Shown here: positions 1 through 9,641 of the stretch, one piece after another
How the letters are laid out: every line of letters starts with the position of its first letter
Position numbering within the stretch: the first letter of the stretch is position 1
NCBI GenBank assembly: GCA_965219385.1
Contig: CBDCNM010000002.1
Location: forward strand, 158,639-222,638
Direction of reading: 5' to 3'
DNA length: 64,000 bases
Source: Candidatus Latescibacterota bacterium
GTDB lineage: Bacteria; Latescibacterota; UBA2968; UBA8231
Translations under genes and position numbers: made by a program
The notes under the pieces: generated by a model
Told to the model about the DNA's origin: nothing
What the model saw: only the letters and a program-made list of their open reading frames with translations
Database searches by the model: none

Positions 1-1
1 C

Positions 2-247
2 GCGCTTGCGAGACAGTTAGATCAAAAAGTGCGTCGAGGTGGATATTGTATTTTTATGATCGGCGAGCAAATATTTCGAGGTAGTGATTACTTTCCATCA
101 GAAGTGTTAGCGCAGAGCTTCTTAACGCATGCTTCGACATTTCGTCTTTACGACGTCATAACCGACATCATTCCCGATATTCGTCGCTCACGCAAACGTC
201 TAGCAGGCGTAAAACGAGAGAATGTTCTCGTCTTCAGGAAAGACTAG
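2..247 (+). CDS. 3' end of probable DNA methyltransferase (runs off window start)
   Basis: Frame is open from base 2. 'KVRRGGYCIFMIGE...E(N)VLVFRK' resembles the C-terminal part of N4/N6 MTases. The next gene starts 2 nt after its stop. Confidence 0.5.
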   Translation, partial: ALARQLDQKVRRGGYCIFMIGEQIFRGSDYFPSEVLAQSFLTHASTFRLYDVITDIIPDIRRSRKRLAGVKRENVLVFRKD

Positions 248-249
248 AT

Positions 250-2733
250 ATGCGCAAAAATCTCCCGCCTATTGATTTGTTTATCGGAGAGGAAATAGAT
301 CAATTCCCGAACTATGTGATTGAAGAATATATAGATTCTGGAAATAACGGACACCTGTTTCGAGCCTTCAACCGATCGGCTGAAAACAATGTCGCATTTA
401 AAATCGTTCCCGCCAAAAATCTTCCAGATGATGAAGGCGAACAACAAGTGTATCTCAATGAGGCAAAAAAGGCCAACCAGCTTGAGCACCCATCCGTGGT
501 AAACTACATCGACGTTTTTCCTTACGATGAGCCTAAAAAAAAGATCAAATGTGTGGTTTTTGTATGTAACTATATCAAAGGACAAAATCTGAAGAATTAT
601 ATGAAAAAGAAGGGGTCAGAAATCAATATCCCGTTCGTGGAAACATTTCTGCGAACGATGTTTGAACTACTATACGAATTAAAGGAACGCAAACTTCAGC
701 ATGGCGATTTGCACGCTGGCAATGTACTCGTCGCAATTCCGGAATTTGATCCTTATGAACGACCGACCTTCCGAGTAACAGATTTTGGCGTTCGAGAATT
801 GACCGGACAGATATCCCATGTGAGTGACTATCTGCACGTGGCGGACACACTTAGACAACTACTGGAAAAAATCGAGTATAGTAACTACGAGGGGAGAGAT
901 CGTTACGCCTACGAAATTCTCAGGAGAGAGTTCCTGGGTCGTCACCTAATCGAGACTGATACCAGCGCAGATCCATTAGCCTCTAATCCCCGCGAGCTTC
1001 TGGCAAAGCTGGACTCTGTGGACGATCAGTATTTGGCGGCAAAAAAGAACTCTGTAACTACGCTAGTATCGCCATTCGATTACCCTAACTGCGAGCAAAT
1101 CGGGAACTCTCATCTATTGCTGAAGAGCCTCTACTCTGACCGTTTACTTGGACTGTCAGAAATCCAAAAACGGTCAAACTTGATACTGACCGGACCTCGA
1201 GGATGTGGGAAGACCACAGTCTTTCGTGCATTGAGCCTGGAATATCTGACTTCCACTGAGAATGATAATCCGAGCAATTTGACCTATATTGGTGTCTATT
1301 ATAGATGCGATGACCTGTACTTCGCTTTTCCAAGATACCAGACCCCTGATCGTAACGAGGCACTGGATGTTCCCATGCACTTCCTGACTGTCACGCTGAT
1401 AGCCATCGCGTTAGAGCAAATTGACACATGGGCAAAAAAGCATTTTCCAGATGAATTGGAGAAGAAAGAGGAGATCCTGGTTACCGAACTCTGGGAGCTA
1501 TTTGACTGGCAGCCTCCGGGAAATCCAACCTCTAGACAGTTGTCTACTCTGGTGAACAGGTTAAACAAGGAGAGGAAGCGTGCAGTCGACAAACAACGCT
1601 TCGTTCATGTACGGGAAGAACCTATCAAAGGCTATTTCGGCCCAGGGACGATGTTTGGAGCCTGCCGCCTTATCCGGAAGAGACTATCCTTTCTGCACGA
1701 GCGTCATTTTTATTTTTTTGTTGACGATTATTCACATCCAAAAATAACCAAAGACCTGCAAGCAAACCTTAACCGGTTGGTTATGCATCGTAATCCGGAC
1801 GTTTTCTTCAAGCTCTCGACGGAAAGCCCTGTTTCTTTTGCAAAAGAAGACGTAGACGGCAAGCAGTATGTCGAATCTCGTGAGTACGATCTTCTCAATC
1901 TCGGATTGAGATATATTTCAAGTGACCCTAAACAGACGCTGGATTTCTTAGAGGATTTATTCGCCCGCCGTTTCCAGGAAGTCGAGAATTATCCGGTTAA
2001 AAATCTTGAAGAGCTTCTAGGGTCAATGCCGCGGAACGAAAACGAAACGGCCCGTGCTTTTCGAGGTAAGAGTGGTCGAGGAAAATACGCCGGGAAGGAG
2101 ACTGTTGCGGCTATGTGCAGCGGTGATATCCATTATATGATTCGTCTTGTCAGTAGTATGGTAGAAGATTTTGGTGGCCAAGATGCTCTAGTAAAAACTG
2201 AAGCAAAGCCTCGAATACCATCGCAACAACAGCACGACTCTATTCGCGCTGCTGCTGGTTCCTTTATGGAATCAGTGCGTACGTTGCCCCGATGCGGACA
2301 ACAATTGGCAGATATAGTGTCGGCATTCGGCAACGTCGCACGTTCTTATCTTCTTTACAAAACGTCATCAAATCAAACAGGTAATCCACCTCACCAAGCG
2401 TCGAGAATTGAGCCATACGAACCACTGAATATAGGCAGTGAGGCGCAAAACATTCTTGACGAGCTATTGCGTTACTCGATATTTATTGAAGACCCTCGAG
2501 GAAAGAGCCGGAGAGGTAAAATTGTACCAAGATTTTACCTCCGACGTTATTTGGTTCCCCACTTTCAATTGACATTTAGTCGACGAGATTCTCTTCAATT
2601 GGAAACTACTGACATCGAAAAGCTTTTGTGTAGTCCAAAGAAATTTGAAGATGCAGAGAGATTGAAGTCGGAGGATGATGCGGCACGGCGTGTTCGAGAT
2701 ACCGGCCAACTGGAGCTTTTTACCGATGAATAA
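250..2733 (+). CDS. Ser/Thr protein kinase fused to ORC/CDC6-like P-loop ATPase
   Basis: Kinase motifs DSGNNG, VAFK, HGDLHAGN, TDFG. Walker A GPRGCGKTT and Walker B FFVDDY. Confidence 0.8.
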   Translation: MRKNLPPIDLFIGEEIDQFPNYVIEEYIDSGNNGHLFRAFNRSAENNVAFKIVPAKNLPDDEGEQQVYLNEAKKANQLEHPSVVNYIDVFPYDEPKKKIKCVVFVCNYIKGQNLKNYMKKKGSEINIPFVETFLRTMFELLYELKERKLQHGDLHAGNVLVAIPEFDPYERPTFRVTDFGVRELTGQISHVSDYLHVADTLRQLLEKIEYSNYEGRDRYAYEILRREFLGRHLIETDTSADPLASNPRELLAKLDSVDDQYLAAKKNSVTTLVSPFDYPNCEQIGNSHLLLKSLYSDRLLGLSEIQKRSNLILTGPRGCGKTTVFRALSLEYLTSTENDNPSNLTYIGVYYRCDDLYFAFPRYQTPDRNEALDVPMHFLTVTLIAIALEQIDTWAKKHFPDELEKKEEILVTELWELFDWQPPGNPTSRQLSTLVNRLNKERKRAVDKQRFVHVREEPIKGYFGPGTMFGACRLIRKRLSFLHERHFYFFVDDYSHPKITKDLQANLNRLVMHRNPDVFFKLSTESPVSFAKEDVDGKQYVESREYDLLNLGLRYISSDPKQTLDFLEDLFARRFQEVENYPVKNLEELLGSMPRNENETARAFRGKSGRGKYAGKETVAAMCSGDIHYMIRLVSSMVEDFGGQDALVKTEAKPRIPSQQQHDSIRAAAGSFMESVRTLPRCGQQLADIVSAFGNVARSYLLYKTSSNQTGNPPHQASRIEPYEPLNIGSEAQNILDELLRYSIFIEDPRGKSRRGKIVPRFYLRRYLVPHFQLTFSRRDSLQLETTDIEKLLCSPKKFEDAERLKSEDDAARRVRDTGQLELFTDE

Positions 2734-3826
2734 AACGATGTTCGATAGCACTGTGCGAAGGCCAGATGAACGTTTGGATAGCCTTGATTGGCCTGACATA
2801 AAGATGGTCAAGGCCCCTCCTATAAAGGACTGTTTGTTGGTATGTGCCGGCTTTGAGGAACGGGCCGTTGAACCGCTACGTCGTATCTGTGCGACACAAA
2901 AAACTAGGTTCTCGCTTGGATTAATACGTTACTTACCTGAAATAGAAGACAATCGAATTGGAAAACTACTGGCAATCAGCCAGAAGGCGGGTCTCCATGT
3001 AACTGAGTTTGTCTATGACCGTGAAAATCCATCAGGCATGGGAGAAAAACTACGACACTTCTCACAGACGTTCGACCGAGTCTTTGTTGATATTTCTGGT
3101 ATGTCCCGTCTTCTTATCGTGCAGACATTGGTAGCCTTAATCCCCGGTCAAAGGCGACTGATCAGTATCCTCTATGGTGAGGCACAAGAATATCCTCCGT
3201 CCGAGGATGAATTTGATCAAGGTAACCAGGATGGCGGCGCCGATCCGGCACCGAGTTATCTGTCATCCGGAATTTTTGAGATAGCGGCAACCCCTGAGTT
3301 GAGTTCTGTATCTATGTTGGGAGAGGCGATTCGATTGGTTGCATTTCCATCTTTTGATCCCGCACAGCTCAGTAATTTGATCCAAGAACTACAACCTGCC
3401 TATACAGAATTTATCCATGGTATACCTCCAGGTCAAAACAACAGGTGGCGGACGGAGGTAATTCGCCAGCTTAATGGACGGACATTGAATGAGCTTCACA
3501 GTAAAATAGATCATAATGCATCTACTCTCGACTATAGAGAGACGCTGAAAATCTTGCTCAGCATTTACGCCCAACGCAGCATGTTTGACCGTCTCGTGGT
3601 TGCTCCTACGGGCAGCAAAATGCAGGCAGTGGCCGTGGGTTTATTCCGGGCAGCGCTTCACGATGTACAAATTGTTTATCCGACGCCACAGGTCTTCACT
3701 GAGCCGGAAAGATATACGTTGGGCTTGCGCCAATTGTATCAATTAGATTTGCCAACCAAAGCAATCTCGGATGCCATCAAGAACGTCAAGGCCGATGACG
3801 ACGAACCGCGTCGAGTATCCCAATGA
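2726..3826 (+). CDS. Uncharacterised alpha/beta (CARF/Rossmann-like) partner of the kinase-ATPase
   Basis: Motifs AGFEER, VDISGMSR, APTGSK, VQIVYP. Start overlaps the upstream stop; stop overlaps the downstream ATG (ATGA). Confidence 0.55.
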   Translation: MNKTMFDSTVRRPDERLDSLDWPDIKMVKAPPIKDCLLVCAGFEERAVEPLRRICATQKTRFSLGLIRYLPEIEDNRIGKLLAISQKAGLHVTEFVYDRENPSGMGEKLRHFSQTFDRVFVDISGMSRLLIVQTLVALIPGQRRLISILYGEAQEYPPSEDEFDQGNQDGGADPAPSYLSSGIFEIAATPELSSVSMLGEAIRLVAFPSFDPAQLSNLIQELQPAYTEFIHGIPPGQNNRWRTEVIRQLNGRTLNELHSKIDHNASTLDYRETLKILLSIYAQRSMFDRLVVAPTGSKMQAVAVGLFRAALHDVQIVYPTPQVFTEPERYTLGLRQLYQLDLPTKAISDAIKNVKADDDEPRRVSQ

Positions 3827-6807
3827 TCCCCCGCGAATGCAAACGTCTCGCCGAAGTCGATTTCCCTATCGCCGAAGTGTCGCGGCACGCGGCGCGGGAG
3901 AAGTCGATTCGGCACGGCCACCCTTCGACGCTACATCTGTGGTGGGCGCGGCGGCCGTTGGCTTCGTCGCGGGCGGTGTTGCTGGCATTGCTGCTGCCGG
4001 ACCCGTGCGACGCGCACTGCCCGGAGGACTTTAAGCAGCAAGCGCGAAAGATTCTGCGCGCGGTGCGACAACCGCCGACGAATGACGCGGAACTACGACA
4101 GGGGTTGCTGTCGTTCATTGCCAACTTCGCCAACTGGAAAAATGCTGCGGATCGCACCCATCTCAACGTAGGCCGGGCGCTGGTGCAGGCGGCGCACGGC
4201 GAGGAGCCGCCTCTCGTGGTGGACCCGTTTGCGGGCGGGGGATCGATTCCGCTGGAGGCGTTGCGGCTGGGCTGCGAGGCGTTTGCCAGCGATCTAAATC
4301 CGGTGGCGTGCCTGATTCTCAAGGTGATGCTGGAGGATATCCCGCGCTACGGGCCGGGATTGGCAGATGAACTGCGCCGGGTCGGCGGCGAGATCAAGCG
4401 GCAGGCCGAGCAGGAGTTGGCCGATCTGTATCCCAAGGACCCGGACGGGGCGACGCCGATTGCCTATTTGTGGGCGCGCACGGTGCGCTGCGAAGCGCCC
4501 AACTGCGGCGCGGAGATTCCGCTGATGCGTTCGTTCTATCTGTGCAAGAAGGCCAGGCGCAAGCGGGCGTTGCGGCATCGAGTTGAGCGCTGCGAAGGGG
4601 GGCCACCGAGCGTCGAGTTCGAGGTGTTTGAGCCGAAGGCGGATAAAGAGGTACGCGGTGCCACGGTGTCGGGTGCGAAAGCGACCTGTCTGTGCTGCGG
4701 CGCGGTGCTACCGCCGGAGCGGGTGCAGGCGCAGCTTGGGACCCAACGGGGCGGGGCGGATGTGATTTTCGACGCAGAAGGGCGGCGGACGGGCGGGGCG
4801 CGGATGACGGCGGTGGTAACGCTCAAGCCTGAGCAGGCAGGGCGGTACTATCGGCTACCAACTGACGCGGACTACGCAGCGATGCGCCGGTCGCAAGCGC
4901 GGCTAGTAGACATACTTGGAGAGTGGGAGCGCGTCGGGAGCCAAGGGCTTTGTCCGGTGCCGGATGAGCCGACTCCAACGAAAGACGCACATCGTGCTGT
5001 CGGGAGCCAACTCCCTTTGTACAACATGGTTACATTCGGCGACCTCTTCACGGCACGACAGAAGGTGGCGTTCTGTCATCTGAGCATGGCAATTTCACTA
5101 GTACGGACGACTGAATCATTCAAAGAGGTTCTGGCAATGGTCTGCACGAAGCTGGCTGACCGATGCAATAGCCTTGTAAATTGGAGTCTTGGCGTCGAGT
5201 GCCCCAATCAACTTTTTAAGGGCAATGCGATTCCAATGGGTTGGGACTTTGGAGAGAGTAACATTCTAAGTGACTCATCTGCCTCAATTAGACAAACACT
5301 AGAAAACATAACCCGTAATGTGAAAGCCACAGTGATCGATGGTGCTCAAGTTGGATCACTCCAACAGGCCGACGCCACTGACCACCCGTTACCTGATCAA
5401 ACTGCCAAGGTCTGGTTCACCGACCCTCCCTACTATGATGCAATACCCTATTCCGATCTCTCCGACTTCTTCCTAGTCTGGCTCAAGCGAACCCTACCAG
5501 ACCATCCACTGCTGCAGGACCCCTTCGACCTAAACAATCCACTTTCACCCAAGAGTCGCGAAGTGGTGCAGTGTGAGAAGGTCGAAGACGTCAATGGAGC
5601 ACCCAAGGATAAAGAGTTCTACGAAAGAGCTATGGCCCGGGCTTTCGCCGAGGGGCGCCGGGTGCTGAGCGAAGATGGCGTAGGCTCCGTCGTCTTCGCC
5701 CACAAGACCACCGAGGGGTGGGAGGCGCTACTCTCTGGTATGATTCGCGGAGGTTGGACAATTACAGGCTCCTGGCCAATCGCAACGGAGAGGAGCTCAC
5801 GACTCAACGCCCGCGAAACCGCGTCTTTGGCTACCAGTATTCACCTCATCTGCCGTCCGCGTCCCGATGACGCCCCCATCGGCGACTGGGCCGATGTCCT
5901 GCGAGAACTGCCGGTCCGCGTCGCTGACTGGATCGAGCGCTTGCAGTCCGAAGGCATCCGTGGCGCGGATCTGGTCTTCGCCTGCATCGGCCCCGCGCTC
6001 GAAATCTTCAGCCGCTACCGCGCCGTCGAAACCGCCGAGGGCGATATAATCGGCCTGCCCGATTATCTGGAGAAAGTCTGGGAAGTGGTTGGCCGCGCCG
6101 CGCTGCAACAGGTGCTCGGCACCGCAGAAGCGCAAGCGCGCAACGGCCTGGCCGGCGCCCTGGAAGAGGACGCCCGCCTGACCGCGCTCTTCCTGTGGAC
6201 GCTTCAGAGCACGACCCCGGTTGCAGAGAATCAGGAACAAGACGACGAGGCCGACGAAGAAGCAGTCGCCAAGGCAGCGGCCACGGGATTTGCTCTCCCC
6301 TTCGACGTCGTGCGCCGCTTCGCCCAACCAATGGGCATCGACCTCGATACCTGGACCGGCCGCATCATCGGCCAGGAAAAGGGGGTGGTGCACCTGCTGT
6401 CGGTGGCCGAGCGCGCCGGGAAGCTCTTCGGCGAGGACGGCGCTGCTGCCGCCGCCAACTATATCGAAAGCGATCCACACGCCAGCTTGCAGCAGACGCT
6501 CTTCCCCGACTGGCAGGGAGGCGCGCCCTCTCTCGTCCGGGAGGCGCGGCCGGGATACGGCGGGGCGGGTGAAGCGTCCGACGAATACCCCGCTGCGACT
6601 CCTGGCGACACCACCCTCGACCGTGTCCACACCGCCATGCTGCTCCAGTCCAGCGGCCACGCCAATGCGCTGCGGACGATGATCGGCGCCGAGCAGGATC
6701 GCGGCCCCGACTTCCTGCGGCTTGCCAATGCGCTGTCGGCCCTCTATCCTCAAGGGTGCAATGAAAAACGCCTGCTCGACGCCATGCTCTTGGCGGTGCC
6801 GAGGTAG
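3823..6807 (+). CDS. DUF1156 adenine-specific DNA methyltransferase with Zn ribbon
   Basis: HLWWARRPL, DPFAGGGSIPLEA (motif I), FTDPPYYD (motif IV), Cys pairs CEAPNC and CLCC. Confidence 0.92.
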   Translation: MIPRECKRLAEVDFPIAEVSRHAAREKSIRHGHPSTLHLWWARRPLASSRAVLLALLLPDPCDAHCPEDFKQQARKILRAVRQPPTNDAELRQGLLSFIANFANWKNAADRTHLNVGRALVQAAHGEEPPLVVDPFAGGGSIPLEALRLGCEAFASDLNPVACLILKVMLEDIPRYGPGLADELRRVGGEIKRQAEQELADLYPKDPDGATPIAYLWARTVRCEAPNCGAEIPLMRSFYLCKKARRKRALRHRVERCEGGPPSVEFEVFEPKADKEVRGATVSGAKATCLCCGAVLPPERVQAQLGTQRGGADVIFDAEGRRTGGARMTAVVTLKPEQAGRYYRLPTDADYAAMRRSQARLVDILGEWERVGSQGLCPVPDEPTPTKDAHRAVGSQLPLYNMVTFGDLFTARQKVAFCHLSMAISLVRTTESFKEVLAMVCTKLADRCNSLVNWSLGVECPNQLFKGNAIPMGWDFGESNILSDSSASIRQTLENITRNVKATVIDGAQVGSLQQADATDHPLPDQTAKVWFTDPPYYDAIPYSDLSDFFLVWLKRTLPDHPLLQDPFDLNNPLSPKSREVVQCEKVEDVNGAPKDKEFYERAMARAFAEGRRVLSEDGVGSVVFAHKTTEGWEALLSGMIRGGWTITGSWPIATERSSRLNARETASLATSIHLICRPRPDDAPIGDWADVLRELPVRVADWIERLQSEGIRGADLVFACIGPALEIFSRYRAVETAEGDIIGLPDYLEKVWEVVGRAALQQVLGTAEAQARNGLAGALEEDARLTALFLWTLQSTTPVAENQEQDDEADEEAVAKAAATGFALPFDVVRRFAQPMGIDLDTWTGRIIGQEKGVVHLLSVAERAGKLFGEDGAAAAANYIESDPHASLQQTLFPDWQGGAPSLVREARPGYGGAGEASDEYPAATPGDTTLDRVHTAMLLQSSGHANALRTMIGAEQDRGPDFLRLANALSALYPQGCNEKRLLDAMLLAVPR
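6669..6805 (+). repeat. Direct repeat copy A (3' end of the DUF1156 gene)
   Basis: About 137 bp, near-identical to 7461-7597 (offset 792). Confidence 0.92.
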
Positions 6808-6853
6808 CCGGACGGAAGACTTACGTCGGACGTAATAACCACGGAGGGAGACA

Positions 6854-7105
6854 ATGACCACTAATCCCGAACTGCTCAAGCGCATCACCGCACGCCCGGA
6901 TGTCTTTGGCGGCAAACCCATCATTCGCGACATGCGAATTTCAGTGGAACTCATCCTGAGTCTGATGACACAGGGCGTAACGATAGAGGCCATTTTGGAG
7001 GATTACCCCGAACTGGAACCGGACGACATTCGCGCCTGTACTGCCTACGCGCACGCAGTTATCGCCAAAGATACCCTGGCCGCCGTATCGATTGCGGATT
7101 CGTGA
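6854..7105 (+). CDS. DUF433 antitoxin (VapB45-like)
   Basis: RITARPDVFGGKPIIRDMRISVELIL...EDYPELEPDDIRAC signature. Confidence 0.9.
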   Translation: MTTNPELLKRITARPDVFGGKPIIRDMRISVELILSLMTQGVTIEAILEDYPELEPDDIRACTAYAHAVIAKDTLAAVSIADS

Positions 7106-7458
7106 GATTCCTAGTAGATCGGTGTGCGGGCCACCGTCTGGCAGCATGGCTGCGCGACCAGGGGCATGACGTGGTCGAGGCCCGTGAGCTTGGAGCCGAC
7201 CCGGGAGATCGGGCGCTACTGGAACGCGCTGCCGCCGCCGGCAGAATTTTGGTGACGATTGATACCGACTTCGGAGAACTTGTCTACGTGCGAAAGGTCC
7301 CGCATGCGGGCTTGGTGCGCCTCCCGGACGTGCCGGCGGAGCGGCGCATTGCCTTGATCGCCGAGGTGCTCGATCGGCATCGCCAAGCGCTGGAAATACA
7401 GGCGGTTGTCACGATCCGCGACGGTCGTATCCGTATTTCCCATCCGCCAGCGCCTTAG
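7102..7458 (+). CDS. DUF5615 PIN-like toxin (VapC45-like)
   Basis: MRFLVD...GHDV...RILVTIDTDFGEL; overlaps the DUF433 gene. Confidence 0.88.
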   Translation: MRFLVDRCAGHRLAAWLRDQGHDVVEARELGADPGDRALLERAAAAGRILVTIDTDFGELVYVRKVPHAGLVRLPDVPAERRIALIAEVLDRHRQALEIQAVVTIRDGRIRISHPPAP

Positions 7459-7460
7459 AG

Positions 7461-7597
7461 GCTGCGGAGGCTGATCGGTGCCGAGCAAGATCGCGGCCCC
7501 GACTTCCTGCGGCTTGCCAATGCGCTATCGGCCCTCTATCCTCAGGGCTGCAACGAAAAACGCCTACTCGACGCCATGCTCTTGGCGGTGCCGAGGT
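7461..7597 (+). repeat. Direct repeat copy B (orphan duplicate of the DUF1156 3' end)
   Basis: Encodes ...AEQDRGPDFLRLANALSALYPQGCNEKRLLDAMLLAVPR* again, with mostly synonymous changes. Confidence 0.92.
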
Positions 7598-7616
7598 GAA
7601 GAAGGGAGACACTGAC

Positions 7617-9005
7617 ATGGACAATATTACACTCAGGAATTTCCGCTGCTTCCGCGAAAAGCAGACTGTCCGCTTAGCGCCGCTGACGCTGCTGGTGGGT
7701 GAGAACAGCACCGGCAAGACATCCTTCATGGCGATGATTCGGGTGCTGTGGGATGTCGCCTATGGGCCTCGGGTGCCGGATTTCAAGGAAGAGCCGTACG
7801 ACCTTGGGAGTTTTGACGAAATCGCCCATTATCGAGGTGGAAAGGGCGGGCGGGCCGAGACCTTCGAGGCGGGGTTCAACGTCGTCCCAGAAGCTACTCG
7901 CGGGAAAAAACGACACGTAGATACCAATGGCCAACCCTATCGCTTCGAGGTGACTTTCAAAAAAAGGGGGGCCGTGCCTGGCCCTGTGAAAATGCGGCTT
8001 TTTCACGAGGCTGCTTGGGTCGAGGTCCGTCTCGAAGACCAGCTTTGGCAGGCCAGCTTCGGGACGTCGAGGGGGACTTGGAAATCTTCCGATACTTTCC
8101 CGGATCTAAAAGATGTCGATTACGACCCGATGTTTTTCTTCTATTATCTAAGTTCTCGGATGATGGTTGGAGATCGAGAAAGCGAAGTAGAGCTAGTCAC
8201 ATTGCAAGGTTCTGGGTCGCCTACTGACAGAGATTGGGAACTAATCGAACAGCTTGTCAACACTCACATACAGGGCAAGTTTGGCTATCACAGAGAGCAG
8301 CCTTACGCCAGTGCCCCGGTCCGCTCCAAGCCACGCCGGACCTATGATCCTGCGCGCACGGCACGTGATCCCGAAGGCGATTATATTCCCATGTATCTCG
8401 CCGACGTGCATTCTCAGAATAAAGTAAAATGGAGAGCATTCAAGAGTATGCTCGAGCGTTTCGGACAAACAGCCGGCCTCTTCGACGAAATTTTGGTTAA
8501 GCCCCTTGGAAACAAGGAGAGCGGGCCTTTTCAAGTGCAGATCAGGAAATACGGGAGCAGGACGAAAGGGCCGCAACGCAACCTTATCGACGTAGGCTAC
8601 GGCGTCAGCCAGGTGCTGCCGGTGATAACGGAACTACTGCGCCCAGACGCGCCGCCAATGTTCCTGTTACAGCAACCGGAAGTACATCTCCACCCCAGCG
8701 CTCAGGCGGCTCTCGGCAGCTTGTTCTGCCAGGTCGCCGGGCCGGACCGCCAATTAGTGGTCGAGACCCACAGCGACCACCTGCTCGACCGGGTGCGTAT
8801 GGACGTTCGCGACGGCACCGCGGCGCTGAAGCCCGACGACGTTTCCATCCTCTTTTTTGAGCGCGGCGACCTGGATGTTCATATTCACTCGCTCCGAATC
8901 AACGAAGAGGGAAACATCTTGGGCGCACCCCCGGGCTACCGGCAGTTCTTCATGGAAGAAACGACGCGGTCTCTTTTGAAGAGACGGAAATCTGTAGGGA
9001 ACTGA
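7617..9005 (+). CDS. ABC-type (AAA_15/AAA_21) ATPase with DUF3696-like C-terminus
   Basis: GENSTGKT, DVGYGVSQVLP, LLQQPEVHLHP, ETHSDHLL. Confidence 0.85.
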   Translation: MDNITLRNFRCFREKQTVRLAPLTLLVGENSTGKTSFMAMIRVLWDVAYGPRVPDFKEEPYDLGSFDEIAHYRGGKGGRAETFEAGFNVVPEATRGKKRHVDTNGQPYRFEVTFKKRGAVPGPVKMRLFHEAAWVEVRLEDQLWQASFGTSRGTWKSSDTFPDLKDVDYDPMFFFYYLSSRMMVGDRESEVELVTLQGSGSPTDRDWELIEQLVNTHIQGKFGYHREQPYASAPVRSKPRRTYDPARTARDPEGDYIPMYLADVHSQNKVKWRAFKSMLERFGQTAGLFDEILVKPLGNKESGPFQVQIRKYGSRTKGPQRNLIDVGYGVSQVLPVITELLRPDAPPMFLLQQPEVHLHPSAQAALGSLFCQVAGPDRQLVVETHSDHLLDRVRMDVRDGTAALKPDDVSILFFERGDLDVHIHSLRINEEGNILGAPPGYRQFFMEETTRSLLKRRKSVGN

Positions 9006-9008
9006 GAA

Positions 9009-9521
9009 ATGTGTGCAATTGTTGACGCGAGCGTTGCCAACGAGGTGTTCAGTAGCGATCCCCCCGAGGCCGGCGTGAAGTTCGTAGAGTGGATCGACAC
9101 AGGAAGGGGTCAGTTAGTGGCGACCGGCAAGTTGCTTGAGGAACTCAATAAGACATCAGCTCGAGAATGGATACAGCAGGCGCTCATTGCTGGATTGATC
9201 AAGGACGTGAGTGAGAGCGATGTCGAGGCCAAGACGGAGGAACTCCAGAATAAGCAGGTATGCAGGTCAGATGATCCACATGTGATTGCCCTAGCTCAAG
9301 TCAGCGGATCCCGTTTATTGTATTCTCACGACGGAGATCTGCAGAAGGATTTCAAGAACAAGAGACTGATCAACCAGCCGCGAGGAAAAGTTTATTCAAC
9401 GCACGAGAACAAGAATTTCATGCCCGCCCACAAAAGACTGCTCGGAATGAGAGATCTGTGCCGAGTCGCGAACAACAGAGGAAAAGCGGTGGCTGGCCGT
9501 GCCAAGGTGACCTATGGCTAA
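9009..9521 (+). CDS. PIN-domain protein
   Basis: IVDASV, DDPHVIALA, LYSHDGDL acidic PIN-type motifs. Confidence 0.7.
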   Translation: MCAIVDASVANEVFSSDPPEAGVKFVEWIDTGRGQLVATGKLLEELNKTSAREWIQQALIAGLIKDVSESDVEAKTEELQNKQVCRSDDPHVIALAQVSGSRLLYSHDGDLQKDFKNKRLINQPRGKVYSTHENKNFMPAHKRLLGMRDLCRVANNRGKAVAGRAKVTYG

Positions 9522-9581
9522 TCCGGTGGATCGCCCAGCGGGTGGGGGGCAAGAAGGCCGCTCGTTCGGCCCGGATGAGCA

Positions 9582-9641
9582 GTGAGATTTCTCATTGACC
9601 GATGTGCCAGTCGGTCACCGCGTAGGGAGAATATTCGATGA
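9582..9641 (+). pseudogene. 5' remnant of a second DUF5615 gene
   Basis: gtgagatttctcattgaccgatgtgcc = MRFLIDRCA versus MRFLVDRCA at 7102. Stop overlaps the ATG at 9638. Confidence 0.6.
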
